The translations under genes and the position numbers were made by a program. Below are positions 20,176 through 31,598 of a stretch of 64,000 bases of DNA, in pieces. The notes beneath the pieces were generated by a model that ran no database searches, was not told the origin of the DNA, and was given only the letters and a program-made list of their open reading frames with translations. The DNA comes from a virus: the IMG/VR virus record IMGVR_UViG_3300035645_000269. One strand, written 5' to 3'. The first letter of the stretch is position 1. Each line of letters starts with the position of its first letter.

Positions 20176-21210
20176 ATGAAAAGGTTAGGCAACCTTTACG
20201 ACAAAATAATAAGTTTGGATAATTTGCACCTTGCGGACGAACGCGCCCGCAAGGGCAAACTACATTCCTACGGCGTAAAGTTACACGACCGCAACAAGGA
20301 AGCCAACCTTTTGTCTTTGCACGAAGCACTGAAAGCAGGAACTTACAGAACTTCGGAATATAGTACCTTTACGATATACGAGCCTAAAGAACGCGAGATT
20401 TTCCGTTTGCCATACTTTCCCGACCGGATTGTACATCACGCCGTAATGAACATTTTAGAGCCTATATGGGTGTCTATTTTCACGGCGGACACTTATAGCT
20501 GCATCAAAGGGCGTGGCATACAAGCGGCGGCAAATAAGTTAAGGCACGTTATCGACAGAGATAAGGCAGGCTGCGCGTATTGCTTGAAAATAGACATACG
20601 CAAATTTTACCCTTCCATAGACCACACCGTACTAAAATCCATTGTTCGCCGGAAGATTAAGGACACACGGCTACTCAACCTTTTGGACGAAATTATAGAC
20701 AGTGCGGAAGGCTTACCGATTGGCAACTACCTTAGCCAATATTTAGCAAATCTTGTACTTACCTACTTCGACCATTGGGTAAAGGAAGTAAAGCGGGTAA
20801 GGTACTATTTCAGATACGCCGACGACATTGTAGTATTACATAGCGACAAAAAGACGCTTCACGCTTTGCTGGCAGAGTTTGAAAGCTATTTGGCGGCTAA
20901 CGTAAAGCTGGAAATCAAACAGAACAAACAAGTCTTTCCGGTGGCACGCGACCACCGCGACAGCTTCGGGCGTGGTATTGATTTCTTGGGCTATGTATTC
21001 TATTTGAACGAAACACGGCTTAGGAAGCGTATCAAACAGAACCTTTGCCGTAAGATAGCTAAATTACGGAAACGGAAGAAACCGTTAAGTGAGGATGAAT
21101 TTAAGCAGACGTTAGCCGCGTGGTGGGGTTGGGCTAAATACAGCGACAGCGAATATTTAATTAACAAGTTAAACAAAATTACACCTTATGAAATCAAGTT
21201 CAGACGTTAG
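20176..21210 (+). CDS. DGR reverse transcriptase
   Basis: 344 aa with RT motifs: FPDRIVHHAV, SCIKGRG, YADDIVVL (YxDD) and thumb region GIDFLGYVF. Confidence 0.9.
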   Translation: MKRLGNLYDKIISLDNLHLADERARKGKLHSYGVKLHDRNKEANLLSLHEALKAGTYRTSEYSTFTIYEPKEREIFRLPYFPDRIVHHAVMNILEPIWVSIFTADTYSCIKGRGIQAAANKLRHVIDRDKAGCAYCLKIDIRKFYPSIDHTVLKSIVRRKIKDTRLLNLLDEIIDSAEGLPIGNYLSQYLANLVLTYFDHWVKEVKRVRYYFRYADDIVVLHSDKKTLHALLAEFESYLAANVKLEIKQNKQVFPVARDHRDSFGRGIDFLGYVFYLNETRLRKRIKQNLCRKIAKLRKRKKPLSEDEFKQTLAAWWGWAKYSDSEYLINKLNKITPYEIKFRR

Positions 21211-21560
21211 ACCCGCGATTATTTTACCGTTGGGTAATGGTTCTTACCACTATAACTACAACATAGTGGAAGAAAAGGTAGAAGACCCGGAAACGGGCGA
21301 AAAGACCGTTTACAACTACGATACGGTACAGGTTTGGCAGAAGCCGGACTACGAAAACCTTACACGTGCGGTTATCCGTAGCGAAATAGACGAAACCGAA
21401 GAATTTTCTTTGATTAACGACTATTACGCCGCACAGTTGGGTATAGAAACGGACGAAGACCGCAAAGCGAAAGCAGTAGCGGACTATAAAGCACACCTTA
21501 GCAGGGTTATTGCTATCAAAACTATGGTAAAGAACGATTTATTAACGGAAGGTTACTAAT

Positions 21561-22031
21561 ATGTTGGAATTGATACAGCAAGAAGACTGGCACGGTTTGA
21601 CGGTTTACGTGGCGGTACGTGTAGCCATTGTGCTGATTTGCTGGGTATTCTTGGCGATGGCTACTTTCATAGATATGTACTACGGGCGCAAGGCGGCGAA
21701 GGCGGCAGGGGAAGGACTGCGAAGCAGGAAATACCGCCGGACGTTCAACAAAATCGGGGACTACATACGGGTTATGGTATTCGCCCTCATGTTTGACTTT
21801 TTAGCCGGATTGTTCACGTGGTACGTCGCTCCATTTGCTACCGTTGTCTATACTATCAGCGCGGTATTGATAGAATTTATTTCCGTACGCGAGAAGCTGC
21901 AAAAAATCAAAGTAAACGCGGCGGAAGTACCGGACATAATACGGCAGATTGTGCAGGCGGCAAGCGCAAAGGACGCGGAAAAAATTGTAGAGTTGATAAC
22001 GAATAAACATTCAGAAAATGGCACGGATTGA
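21561..22031 (+). CDS. holin-like membrane protein
   Basis: 156 aa with several TM helices. Paralogue of 47095..47562 ([12 protein letters not shown] versus FKSVREKSWEKAELRK). Immediately upstream of the lysin. Confidence 0.45.
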   Translation: MLELIQQEDWHGLTVYVAVRVAIVLICWVFLAMATFIDMYYGRKAAKAAGEGLRSRKYRRTFNKIGDYIRVMVFALMFDFLAGLFTWYVAPFATVVYTISAVLIEFISVREKLQKIKVNAAEVPDIIRQIVQAASAKDAEKIVELITNKHSENGTD

Positions 22032-22593
22032 AATATTATCCCCCTTTATTTTAAGTTGGGAAGGTGGATTTACCAACCACCCGGCAGACAAAGGCGGAGC
22101 AACTAACAAAGGGGTAACTATCGCCACTTGGAAAGCCGTAGGGTACGACAAAGACGGTGACGGCGATATAGATGTGGAAGATTTGCGTTTGATAACCGAA
22201 GAAGACGCGGTTAGTCGCGTGATGAAGCCGCACTATTGGGACAGATGGAAGGCAGACCGGATAAAAAGCCAGTCCGTCGCCAACTTGGTAGTGGATTGGG
22301 TTTGGGCTTCGGGAAAGAACGGCATTACCGGGGTACAGCGAATTTTAGGGGTAAGCGTGGACGGCATAGTAGGCGAAAAGACCTTAGCCGCGATGAACGG
22401 AAGGAACGCCCGCGAACTGTTTGCAGACATAAAACGCGCCCGTATTTCCTTTATTGAAGGAATTATAAAGCGCGACCCTTCGCAGATGGTTTTCAAGAAA
22501 GGGTGGTTATCCCGGCTTAATTGTATAAACTACGGAAGCCTTACCCTTAACAAGAAGGGGAAGGACAAAGTTCTAAATTTCACAGACGTATGA
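22018..22593 (+). CDS. endolysin (GH108-like lysozyme N-domain plus peptidoglycan-binding C-domain)
   Basis: [24 protein letters not shown] (GH108-type) and [22 protein letters not shown] (PG_binding_3-type). Confidence 0.7.
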   Translation: MARIEILSPFILSWEGGFTNHPADKGGATNKGVTIATWKAVGYDKDGDGDIDVEDLRLITEEDAVSRVMKPHYWDRWKADRIKSQSVANLVVDWVWASGKNGITGVQRILGVSVDGIVGEKTLAAMNGRNARELFADIKRARISFIEGIIKRDPSQMVFKKGWLSRLNCINYGSLTLNKKGKDKVLNFTDV

Positions 22594-23294
22594 GAAGATT
22601 TGTTTTAGCCATGCTTTCCCTATTCTTGCTTCTGTTGGTTTTCGGGTGCGCAAGTACCCGAAGTACCCGTAAGGGAAAGCTGGCGGCGGAAAGCCAGCTA
22701 ACAGCAACTACGGAAGGAAGCCGGAGAACGGAAGACCGGACAACCACCAACACTACGGCTACTACCGGAAGCAACGAGAAGCAAAACATAGTTATAGAGT
22801 TTACAAAAGTTGAGTATTACCCGGAAGGACAAAAGCCGAACCGCTTTGCAGAACAGTTTCAAAAAGCCGACAGCGCGTTTAATGAAGACATGCGTAAGGC
22901 ATTGGAAATGGCAAACGGAGAGCCAACCCGGAAAGCCAGCGAAACGGCAGAAGGGCAATCAGATACCCCCCTGCGGCATAATACGGATTTGTTCCCGGCT
23001 ATTGAAGGATTGAAGAAACCGCCTAACGTAAAGTCGCTGACTACCGGACGCATCGTTATAAACGGCGATAAGCAAAAAAAGACAGAAACAAACGTTACTA
23101 CCGCTACGGAAACGGAAGTTACCGAAACGCAGAAGACGACGGCGGAAGCGGAAACAAAGGAAACCGCGCAGACCGAAGAAGAAAAGTACCCGAAAACGAA
23201 CCCGTTTCTTTGGGTACTTAGCGGGATAGGGTTAGCGGCGGTTCTTGCGGCGGGCTTTTACATTCGCTATAAAATTGTTAAAAATAGAAGGTAA
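22590..23294 (+). CDS. spanin-like lipoprotein with C-terminal TM anchor
   Basis: Lipobox LLLVFGCAS at the N-terminus, Thr/Glu-rich middle, C-terminal TM helix [18 protein letters not shown]. Position after the endolysin. Confidence 0.4.
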   Translation: MRRFVLAMLSLFLLLLVFGCASTRSTRKGKLAAESQLTATTEGSRRTEDRTTTNTTATTGSNEKQNIVIEFTKVEYYPEGQKPNRFAEQFQKADSAFNEDMRKALEMANGEPTRKASETAEGQSDTPLRHNTDLFPAIEGLKKPPNVKSLTTGRIVINGDKQKKTETNVTTATETEVTETQKTTAEAETKETAQTEEEKYPKTNPFLWVLSGIGLAAVLAAGFYIRYKIVKNRR

Positions 23295-23324
23295 GCCGAG
23301 AGTTCCGGCAGCAAAACAGACAAA

Positions 23325-23375
23325 AAACACCCGGAAAAGTGAATAACGGGTACTTTTCCGGGTGCTTTTTATAAA
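23325..23375 (+). terminator. rho-independent terminator of the late operon
   Basis: cacccggaaaagt...acttttccgggtg, a 13-bp perfect inverted repeat followed by cttttt. Confidence 0.6.
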
Positions 23376-23828
23376 ACTTCCTTATTATAAGTGTTATACG
23401 CGGTGCGTACGGGACTAACACATTTTGCTATTATACTGATAATCAATAAAATACTTATTAAAAATATATTAATGGTATCATATTTATATCATCTCCGCTT
23501 ATTTTCTTCTATAATTTTATGCAGTGCTTCTATCTGCATCATCGCACCTTCATAAGCTGCTTTGTAGTTGACATTCGCATCAATATCCGTCTCAATCATA
23601 TTCCCTTTGCCAGTACAAAGCCACTTCACATTCAATTCCGGGAACTTATCCACAATACGAGCTATTATATCAGTTCCAATAGCCCCCTTCCCGTTCCTTA
23701 TGGAATTATAAATGTATCTATTTGATAATTCACAATAAGCCTCAAACGAGTTCTCACCTTTGACAACTCCCTTATCACGTGCATACCTTGCAAATTTTCG
23801 TAATCTGTCAATAGCCCTTTCTTCCATA

Positions 23829-24599
23829 TCAAATAATCTTTTGACTTATTATGCGTAATGCTTGCCACATCCCCCTTATTTCTCTTCTCTCGACATCTAA
23901 CTGGCCATGCTTGGGGTTATCAGCCTTTAAAGTCAGCACATTATCCAAGAAAAGACTGTTTTTCAATATCCGCTTGACTGAAAGTGTTTTCCCATACACA
24001 ATACTCACAACTCCTGACGCGCTTTCCCACAAACCTTCTTCTATTTTGCGAGCAAGAATTTTAGCTCCGTCCGGTATAGTTGGCTCCATGCTGTCACCAC
24101 GTACTTGAAAGACCATATAAGAATCATCAAGCACTTCACCTTCTTCCGGCATGACACCATAAGAATCAATTTCATAAGCTGTGTTATATAAGCTTTCGAC
24201 AAATGAAGCCGCAGCATCTATCGGAACATATTTTACTTTTACAAGAATATCTTGAAGATAAGGAGCTACTTTACTAATCGTAGAGTCTGATTGCATTCTC
24301 GCATTTTTCAGAGCATCCCTAATATCCTTCTCCGAAGGTTCTATCTGTCCTGATGGAGTCTTTGCAAACAAACCTTCTCCAGTATATAGCCATGCTCTGC
24401 TCACATCATACTTCTCACAAAAAGCATCAATTGTTTTTTTACTTGGTAACTGAATCCCTTTTTTTATACTGGTAAGAGTTGATTCACTGGATATAATATT
24501 GTCTTTCTTCAATTTATACCCACTCAAACCACAATATGAAATTGCTTGCAAAAACCTTTTTGAGAGATCACTCAATTTTTTATCGTCAACTTCTTGCAT
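23829..24599 (-). CDS. CI/LexA-like repressor (HTH plus S24 peptidase domain)
   Basis: VRGDSMEPTIPDGAKIL (S24 Ser motif) and downstream GKTLSVKRIL (Lys). Divergent from the early operon. Confidence 0.7.
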   Translation of the reverse strand: MQEVDDKKLSDLSKRFLQAISYCGLSGYKLKKDNIISSESTLTSIKKGIQLPSKKTIDAFCEKYDVSRAWLYTGEGLFAKTPSGQIEPSEKDIRDALKNARMQSDSTISKVAPYLQDILVKVKYVPIDAAASFVESLYNTAYEIDSYGVMPEEGEVLDDSYMVFQVRGDSMEPTIPDGAKILARKIEEGLWESASGVVSIVYGKTLSVKRILKNSLFLDNVLTLKADNPKHGQLDVERREIRGMWQALRIISQKII

Positions 24600-25573
24600 A
24601 CTTCATAAATTAAGTAGTATATTTGCATCCGTAATAGTAGCAGTATTACCACATAAATTGATTAAACATCCTATTTGGAGTTTATATATAGAAATCCGTA
24701 AATAGCTGCTACCTATTTGCGGATTTTCTTTTTCTCCACATTGTGTAATCGGCGGTAGGCCGCATAGCGGAGAGACAGAGGGTTACACTCTTACAACTCA
24801 ATACTGCGAAAGGCGTGCGATATTGAGAGGCAAACGAAACCGGGATGCCTGCACAGCTACAAGTAAGCGAAAAATCCGGGAAGTCGGGTAACTTGTTAAT
24901 GCCCGGCCAGCTAAGAACGGCGTACTTATACGAACGAGACATTTCTTATGCTGCATATAGCAAAAACGGGAAACCGTCTAAGGGCTAACTATGCAGCAAT
25001 CCAGCACCTTACCGAATGAGATCGTCTTTTACTTCTTCAATTATTACAATAACAATAGAACGACATTACTTTTTTCAAAAAGCTTTCTTTTTACGCGAGC
25101 CTTACCTATATAACATTTTATAAACCAACAACTTGCATCAAAACATGTTTTATAACATACAAAGTACTACAAATTTTATGAAGTATTTTATTGCACTTCT
25201 GAAAATATGAAGTATATTTGCAACGTCAAACAAACAAAGAGTGTAAGCTTGAACAATAAGAAAGCTGGCGACTTCAAAAGCCACTTACTACATATCTCAT
25301 TGGCAAATGTAGTTGTTAGCTTTCTTTTATGCAAATTTTTTGTGGAAAATTTAAGTATAAAATAGAAAATAATATGAAAGTAACAAAGAAAGATATTCTA
25401 AGCATTAAAGCTGGTTCTTCCAAAGTAATGCAGCTGGATTCTTACAAGGATTGCGTCAATGCAAGAAGCTACGCCTATCAATTAGCTTTTACTGATCCCC
25501 GTGAAGACGTTGAAAGATATTCAATATCCATCGACAAAGATAAAAATCAGATAACCATCGAAGCGATAAAGAA

Positions 25574-25825
25574 ATGAACCGTTCAGATGCCAAAATGATT
25601 GCAGAAGAACTGCACAAGTTTATTCGCAATGATGTGAGAAAGGTTGTAACTGAAATGGCGACTGCTGAAACCGAAGAGTATTTGAATGCCAAACAAGCTG
25701 CTGTATTTCTCGGATGGAAGTTGCAAACCTTATACAATCGAATACATGATATTCCTCACACCAAAAATGGCAAGAGTCTCATTTTTACCAAATCAGCTTT
25801 GATAAAATTCATGGAAAGAAAATAA
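25574..25825 (+). CDS. small HTH DNA-binding protein (excisionase/AlpA-like)
   Basis: 83 aa with LNAKQAAVFLGWKLQTLYNRI, an HTH-like segment. Confidence 0.35.
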   Translation: MNRSDAKMIAEELHKFIRNDVRKVVTEMATAETEEYLNAKQAAVFLGWKLQTLYNRIHDIPHTKNGKSLIFTKSALIKFMERK

Positions 25826-26982
25826 TCCCGGACGGATTTGGCCGTCTTTCCGGGAACTAACAAAACGTTCTTTGACATATTGTATAGTCTGAACAAATAA
25901 AGACTTAAAACAAGGTTTACTGCTTATCTAAAGGGCGAAATAGACCGACAAAGTAGCCAAAGCGGATTAGTGAAAAGAGTGTGAATACGGACTGCCAATA
26001 AGAAGATGCAGCACACGAATCACTAAGTTATCAAAAACAACTTATATTATGACAAAGTAAACGTAGGGCGTTTATAAATACATTCTTAACTGAATAGATA
26101 CTTTAAATGATATATATACCCGTGCTTCGCAAGAAGCGGTCACCGCTAAAAAGCTACGGCCAACAATCCATCGGAACGCGGACGGGAACACATTTTAAAT
26201 GCTAAAAGTATGAAAGGAATTACAGAAATGACCGAGCAAGAGATTCTTGCGTTAACGGAGGAAGATGTACAGAAAATGATTAAACTTCGCATGATGGAGG
26301 AAGGTATCAAAATCATGGATAAACCCAAAATTCCCGAATTATTTGAAATTGAGCCTGCTGATATTCAGTACTTCTCTATTCCGCTTTTGGATGGTTTTGC
26401 GTTTACTGACATTAATGAAGCGACTAAGGTTGCTGAAATTCTGAAAAGCGCGAAGTCATTGCGAAAGGTTGATTACGATTGGAATAAACTTGGGAGTGAT
26501 TACAAGTTCCTTAAAAAGAGTGAGAGATACAAGTTTAATGGGAACTCTGATTTTGACATCATTTCAGGATGGGCTTATTCGGATGAACTATATGCTAAGA
26601 TTTCAAACTTTGCCGCACAGAACAAGGTTATGAAAGAACAAGCAGCAAAAGACCAAAAGGAATATGACGAAAAGATGCAAGAAGCGTCCGGCATCATCTC
26701 GGAGATAAGCGGATGGGTTAAGGAGGTCAAAGTTAAGTATGAGCGATTGAATAGGCTTACTTACAAATTCGCTACTGACTATTATCCCCTTTCCGATCAC
26801 AACGAGGATATGGCAATGAAATTTATGGCTAAAGCCTATTCTTTTACAGATGAAGAAAAAGAATACATATTACAGAATTACAAAGAATTACTATCCACAA
26901 GTGATGAATAAGTTTTTTAGTTAGTTATTGGCTCCTTGCTTGCGAAAGTAGGGAGTTTTTTGTAAAACTCTAAATTCATTAT

Positions 26983-27951
26983 ATGAGTAATATAGAAGAT
27001 ACAATTTACGATCTGCCAAATGAAGAATACCACCGTGGAGAAAGATTCAAAGATTTCCTAAGTAGTACGCAGATTAAAGATTATATGGTGTCCCCAAAGT
27101 TTGCCCGATACAAGGCGTTGCACCCGGAATTATTTGAGATAAGTATTGAAGCCTCTGAAAAAGGTTCACTGTACCATGATGCAATGGAAAGCCTTGTTAA
27201 TACTGGAAAACTTGACAAGTGGCGAAATAACCTTCTTGTATTTGAGCCGCCTATAAATCCTAAAACCGGCTGTCCGTATGGACGAGATACCCAAAAATAT
27301 CAGATTGCACTAATAGAGGCCAAAGAGTCAAATCCGGGTAAAACGTTGACAAGCACAACCGATATACAATTGGTTGAAACAATGGTTTATGAGCTTCTTA
27401 ATAATTGCCGGGACACCTCCAAACAGATCAGGCAGATATTAAAATGGGGAAAAGCCGAAGTCAGCCATTTCGTTGAATACGAAGGATGCAAGTTCAAATA
27501 TCGCCCTGATGTGGAAACGGCCAAAAAAATTGTTGACTGGAAAACATTGGCGGTTGATGATCTTCATGAAGAAACAGTTAACCGGACTATTGCCAAATTT
27601 CATTATGGTATTTCGGCAGCTTTCTATCAGTTTTTTGAACATGAACGTACTGGAGTATGGAAGGAGTTCTACTGGGTTATGCAACAAAAGACAGCTCCCT
27701 ATGACGCAGTATTTGTCAGTGCAGCTAACTGGGCTTTCCATTTGGAAGACGGAATTGTGAAAATGGGGGCAAGCGCATTGGCATTCAAGAAATTGTTAGA
27801 CCAGCATGTTTACTGTACACAAAACAATGATTTTGACGGTGCACAGATATTTATTCAGCCGGGATTCAAAGGACGAAGAATAATGGTGCCGGACACACCT
27901 GCATTTGAAAAGAACAAGATGTTTAACTTTTATAATAATCAAGAACAATGA
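26983..27951 (+). CDS. PD-(D/E)XK family exonuclease (likely RecT partner)
   Basis: KFKYRPDVE...IVDWKT fits the D...(D/E)xK motif. Directly upstream of, and overlapping, the RecT-like gene. Confidence 0.45.
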   Translation: MSNIEDTIYDLPNEEYHRGERFKDFLSSTQIKDYMVSPKFARYKALHPELFEISIEASEKGSLYHDAMESLVNTGKLDKWRNNLLVFEPPINPKTGCPYGRDTQKYQIALIEAKESNPGKTLTSTTDIQLVETMVYELLNNCRDTSKQIRQILKWGKAEVSHFVEYEGCKFKYRPDVETAKKIVDWKTLAVDDLHEETVNRTIAKFHYGISAAFYQFFEHERTGVWKEFYWVMQQKTAPYDAVFVSAANWAFHLEDGIVKMGASALAFKKLLDQHVYCTQNNDFDGAQIFIQPGFKGRRIMVPDTPAFEKNKMFNFYNNQEQ

Positions 27952-28856
27952 GTAAAACAGAGAATCAATCCCCCCAACAAGGGAACTTGGGAATGGAACA
28001 ACACAATGCTCCTTCACCAACAAAAACAGAACCGGTCTCCCCAACACCTTCCACACCACAACCGCCCGTTCCTTCTGCCCCACCAGCCTTTCCAGTACAA
28101 CTGAAAGGATTGGAAAGCTGTTTTATCTCCCCTAAAAAGGCATTTATAGCAGCTGGTGGCACAGAACAGCAATTTGCCCGTGAAGTCAATTTCGCTATGC
28201 AGGCAATGTTGAATAATCCTTATTTGATTGACTGTGCCCGGCAATATCCCGATCATCTTGTCGAAGCAATCAAAAACGTTTCTCTTACCGGTCTGACGCT
28301 CAATCCTGAACTAAGATTGGGGTATCTTGTACCGTACAAAGGCAAAGTGAAGTTCCAAGCTTCATACATGGGGAAAGTTGATATTTTGATCCGCACTGGT
28401 GTTGTAAAGGATATTTATTCTGATTTGGTTTATGCTAATGACGAGTTCTGTATGACAAAAGGTACCGGCGGCACTATCATCCACAAACCTAATGTATTCG
28501 GAGAACGTGGTGATCTTCTTGGAGGCTACTATTTCGCTGTCTTGACTTCCGGTGTTGTAAAATTCGATGCAATGCCCAAAGCCCGTATTGAAGAAATAAA
28601 AAGTCGTAGTGAGGCTGTCAAGAAAGGCAAGCAATCTCCGTGGGACACAGACTTTGAAGAAATGGCTCGAAAAACAATCGTGAACTGGGCTTTCAAATTC
28701 CTGCCCAAAACCGGCATTTCAGATTCCATGATTAAAGTTCTTGAAACAGAGAGCCAGTTGGATGATGAAATGTTTGAAGACTGGAAAAAGGCACAAGGTC
28801 AGAAACCGGACGATTTTGAGGAAGACGATACTCCATACGCAGAAGAAGTCAAGTAA
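27948..28856 (+). CDS. RecT-family single-strand annealing protein
   Basis: LGYLVPYKGKVKFQASYMGKVDILIRTGVVKDIYSDLVYANDEF and WDTDFEEMARKTIVNWAFKFLP fit RecT conserved blocks. Confidence 0.6.
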   Translation: MSKTENQSPQQGNLGMEQHNAPSPTKTEPVSPTPSTPQPPVPSAPPAFPVQLKGLESCFISPKKAFIAAGGTEQQFAREVNFAMQAMLNNPYLIDCARQYPDHLVEAIKNVSLTGLTLNPELRLGYLVPYKGKVKFQASYMGKVDILIRTGVVKDIYSDLVYANDEFCMTKGTGGTIIHKPNVFGERGDLLGGYYFAVLTSGVVKFDAMPKARIEEIKSRSEAVKKGKQSPWDTDFEEMARKTIVNWAFKFLPKTGISDSMIKVLETESQLDDEMFEDWKKAQGQKPDDFEEDDTPYAEEVK

Positions 28857-29076
28857 TGGATTCATGTGAAAAAATTAGTAACAGTATCACAGCGGCTAAA
28901 GAACTGATCGAAAATGAAACACGTTCTTTGGCTGCTTTACATAAAGCAAAACAGCTTGAAAAAGAGCTTCATAAATCCGGCAAGTTGTTTCGTATTCCTA
29001 CAATGAACGGAATTATAGAAACAACCTGCCCGGAAAAATACATAGAATACAATAACCAGTTTAAAATCAAATTAAA

Positions 29077-29691
29077 ATGAGAACAGTAACAGTTGAAGTG
29101 CCCGAAGGACACATGGTAAAAATCGTGAAAGAAGAAAGTATGCAACCTACTCAAAAAGTTACGGGGGGGGGTAAATTTGAATTTGAGGGTGAGACATTCA
29201 TCCCCGGTGACGTAATTATCAATCCGAATCGCGGAGGGGGCAGCATGATGATTCTCTCTGAAATTAGAGAAGAAAGGCCACTCTCTTTTTTACCGGCAAT
29301 TAAAGTACCTTTCGGCCTTGTCGCCTATGTTCCTTCCAATGATGAAGGTGACAGAGTTTTTGTAAGACTCACACCCGAAGCTGGTATCGGAGGCATGAAG
29401 GGATTCCGTAAAGCTACGGAAGAGGAAAAGGCAAAGATGCTTGCCGCCATGAAGGAAGAAAAACATTACTCCTTCAATTTTGAGAAGTTACAGCCTGAAT
29501 ATATCCCGACTGTCGGCGATGTTGTTATTGTATGGGATGATAATAGCAAAGAAAATGCGGTAGTCGGTGTTATGAATGAAATGGATAAAACAGTCAGGCC
29601 ATACAAGATAAATGATGGTACTTGGTATGGGAACTGCGACAAGTTCGTTTCAGAAGAACAATATAAAAATTTGATTGATGGGAAAGAGTAA
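29077..29691 (+). CDS. hypothetical protein containing an in-frame G9 tract
   Basis: 204 aa. The poly-G at about 29163-29171 encodes TGGG. Confidence 0.35.
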   Translation: MRTVTVEVPEGHMVKIVKEESMQPTQKVTGGGKFEFEGETFIPGDVIINPNRGGGSMMILSEIREERPLSFLPAIKVPFGLVAYVPSNDEGDRVFVRLTPEAGIGGMKGFRKATEEEKAKMLAAMKEEKHYSFNFEKLQPEYIPTVGDVVIVWDDNSKENAVVGVMNEMDKTVRPYKINDGTWYGNCDKFVSEEQYKNLIDGKE

Positions 29692-30410
29692 ATCTAAATC
29701 GGGGGGGGCGAGAAATTACACTCCCCTTCTCACAGCTCGCCCAAAGGGAATGAGCTACCAAGAATATCGTGAACGCAGAGCCTATCAGAACGCATGGTTG
29801 AAAGAGCGACTGAAAGGCTTTATTTGTTATGTATCGTCTGAACTGGTTGTATATGACAAAATAACGGGATTACCCCGATTATTCAATCATCGTACAGATG
29901 ATATACACAAAGCAAACATAAGGACTAACCCACAGCCATTTGTCGGTTCTGCCCGATATGGCTTAAAACCTTTATGATATGGATAAAGAACTATTTAAAG
30001 ATAAGAATCCATTGCTTCGCAGACAAATGTTGGAAGACAATTGCGCAGCAGTTGAAAGAATTACCTATACTTCTCCTTTCAGCGAGGAAGAAATGGGTGA
30101 ACGGAAAACGGAGTTGGCAAATATTGACCTTGACATGGCCGCACTGGAAGAAGAAAAGAAAGCTTTCATGCAAGCATACAAGGACAAACTGAAACCTAAA
30201 AAGGAACGTAAAAAAACGTTGCTTACCGATATAAAACGTGGTTATGAGGAAATTACGGATGAATGCTTTAAGTTTATGGATCGTAGCACCCGTACCACCG
30301 GATATTACAATGGTAATGGCGATTTGGTTAAAGAACGTCCGATGGAGGCACAAGAGATGCAAAAAACGGTCTTCGAGGACATTGAATCTACTGGTACGGA
30401 GGGATAAGCC

Positions 30411-30689
30411 ATGAGAAAAGAAGAACTTATCAAGCAAGTAGCCGAATCAACCGGTATTGCTATTTGCGAAGTCCGAACAGTTATAGAAGCAGCATTGAAG
30501 GAAACCGTGGATGCAGTAGCTAATGGAAGAACTCTTTATATCAGAGGTTTTGGTACACTGTCACCCAAACACTATAAACGAAAAGTTGCTCGTAACATAC
30601 ACAAAAACGAGACTATTGTCATAGCGGAGCATTATACTCCACACTTCAAACCAGCCAAATCATTTAAAAACAGAACTAAAAATTTGTAG
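30411..30689 (+). CDS. HU/IHF-family DNA-binding protein
   Basis: GFGTLSPKHYKRKVARNIHKNETIVIAEHYTPHFKPAKSFK fits the HU beta-arm pattern. Confidence 0.7.
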   Translation: MRKEELIKQVAESTGIAICEVRTVIEAALKETVDAVANGRTLYIRGFGTLSPKHYKRKVARNIHKNETIVIAEHYTPHFKPAKSFKNRTKNL

Positions 30690-31598
30690 AACAACATGGA
30701 AAACGAAAAGATGCAAGTGAACTTTGCTCCGGGTGTGACCGAAGCAACCCTTAGAGTTATTGAACTTCACGAAGAAAATGAGTTACCGGTACTGGAGCCT
30801 GATAAGGTAGAATTAGCCGGAACAATTGGAAGTGTTCATGAATTTCTCTTGAAAAGAATCTCTGAAAAAGAGCAGATCAATCAGAAACGTTGCTATATTC
30901 TTGTTGATCGGGAGAAAATGACACTTAAACTTGTCACCAATGAAACTGACAGTAGGAATAAAGCTACTGTAAGAGGTGAGTTGAAATACTATCCCAAGTT
31001 TCTTGAATTTGGTATTAACACAAGCAAGACATGGGAACCGGTGCAGCTTTCAAAGTTCTTCAAAATGAATCGTGCCTTCTTCAAGGATGCACAATACAAC
31101 ATGGAACTGGTAACAGTCTTGAAGAACTTCAAAGCCAGCATTGACTCAAAAGTGGAAAACTCCCGACAAGACAACGGTAGTCGCACTGACAATTACAGCC
31201 AAGTTGTCAACTCCAATCTTCCGGCCTCATTCAATCTTATTGTCCCGATTTTCAAAGGTCGCCCTGCAGAAGAGATTGAAGTGGAAATCATTGCAGATGT
31301 GGACGGGCGTAATATTCGATTGTCCCTTTGCTCCCCTGGTGCAGAAGTGATAGTGGAAGAGGAACGCAACAAGGCCATTGACGAGCAATTATTGTTGATC
31401 CGTAAATTGGCACCGGATATTGCCATTATCGAACAATAACAATGAAGACTGTAAAGAAATACTGGAAGCCGGTACTTGTCGTATCGGCTTTCTTCATTGG
31501 CAACCGCGTATTCAATCACATAAATGCGTGGTTGGGAATTTCAATAATTATGCTGACAGTAGCATTTATAGTTTATAATATCATTAAAAAAGTAGAAA

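Noticed and set aside
24709-24942. 77-aa minus-strand ORF
   Set aside because: Sits in the GC-rich structured intergenic island with no start context. More likely non-coding.
29991-30437. 148-aa minus-strand ORF
   Set aside because: Fully antisense to the + strand ORF 29979..30407, which fits the operon direction. Its Phe/Leu-rich translation looks like a shadow.
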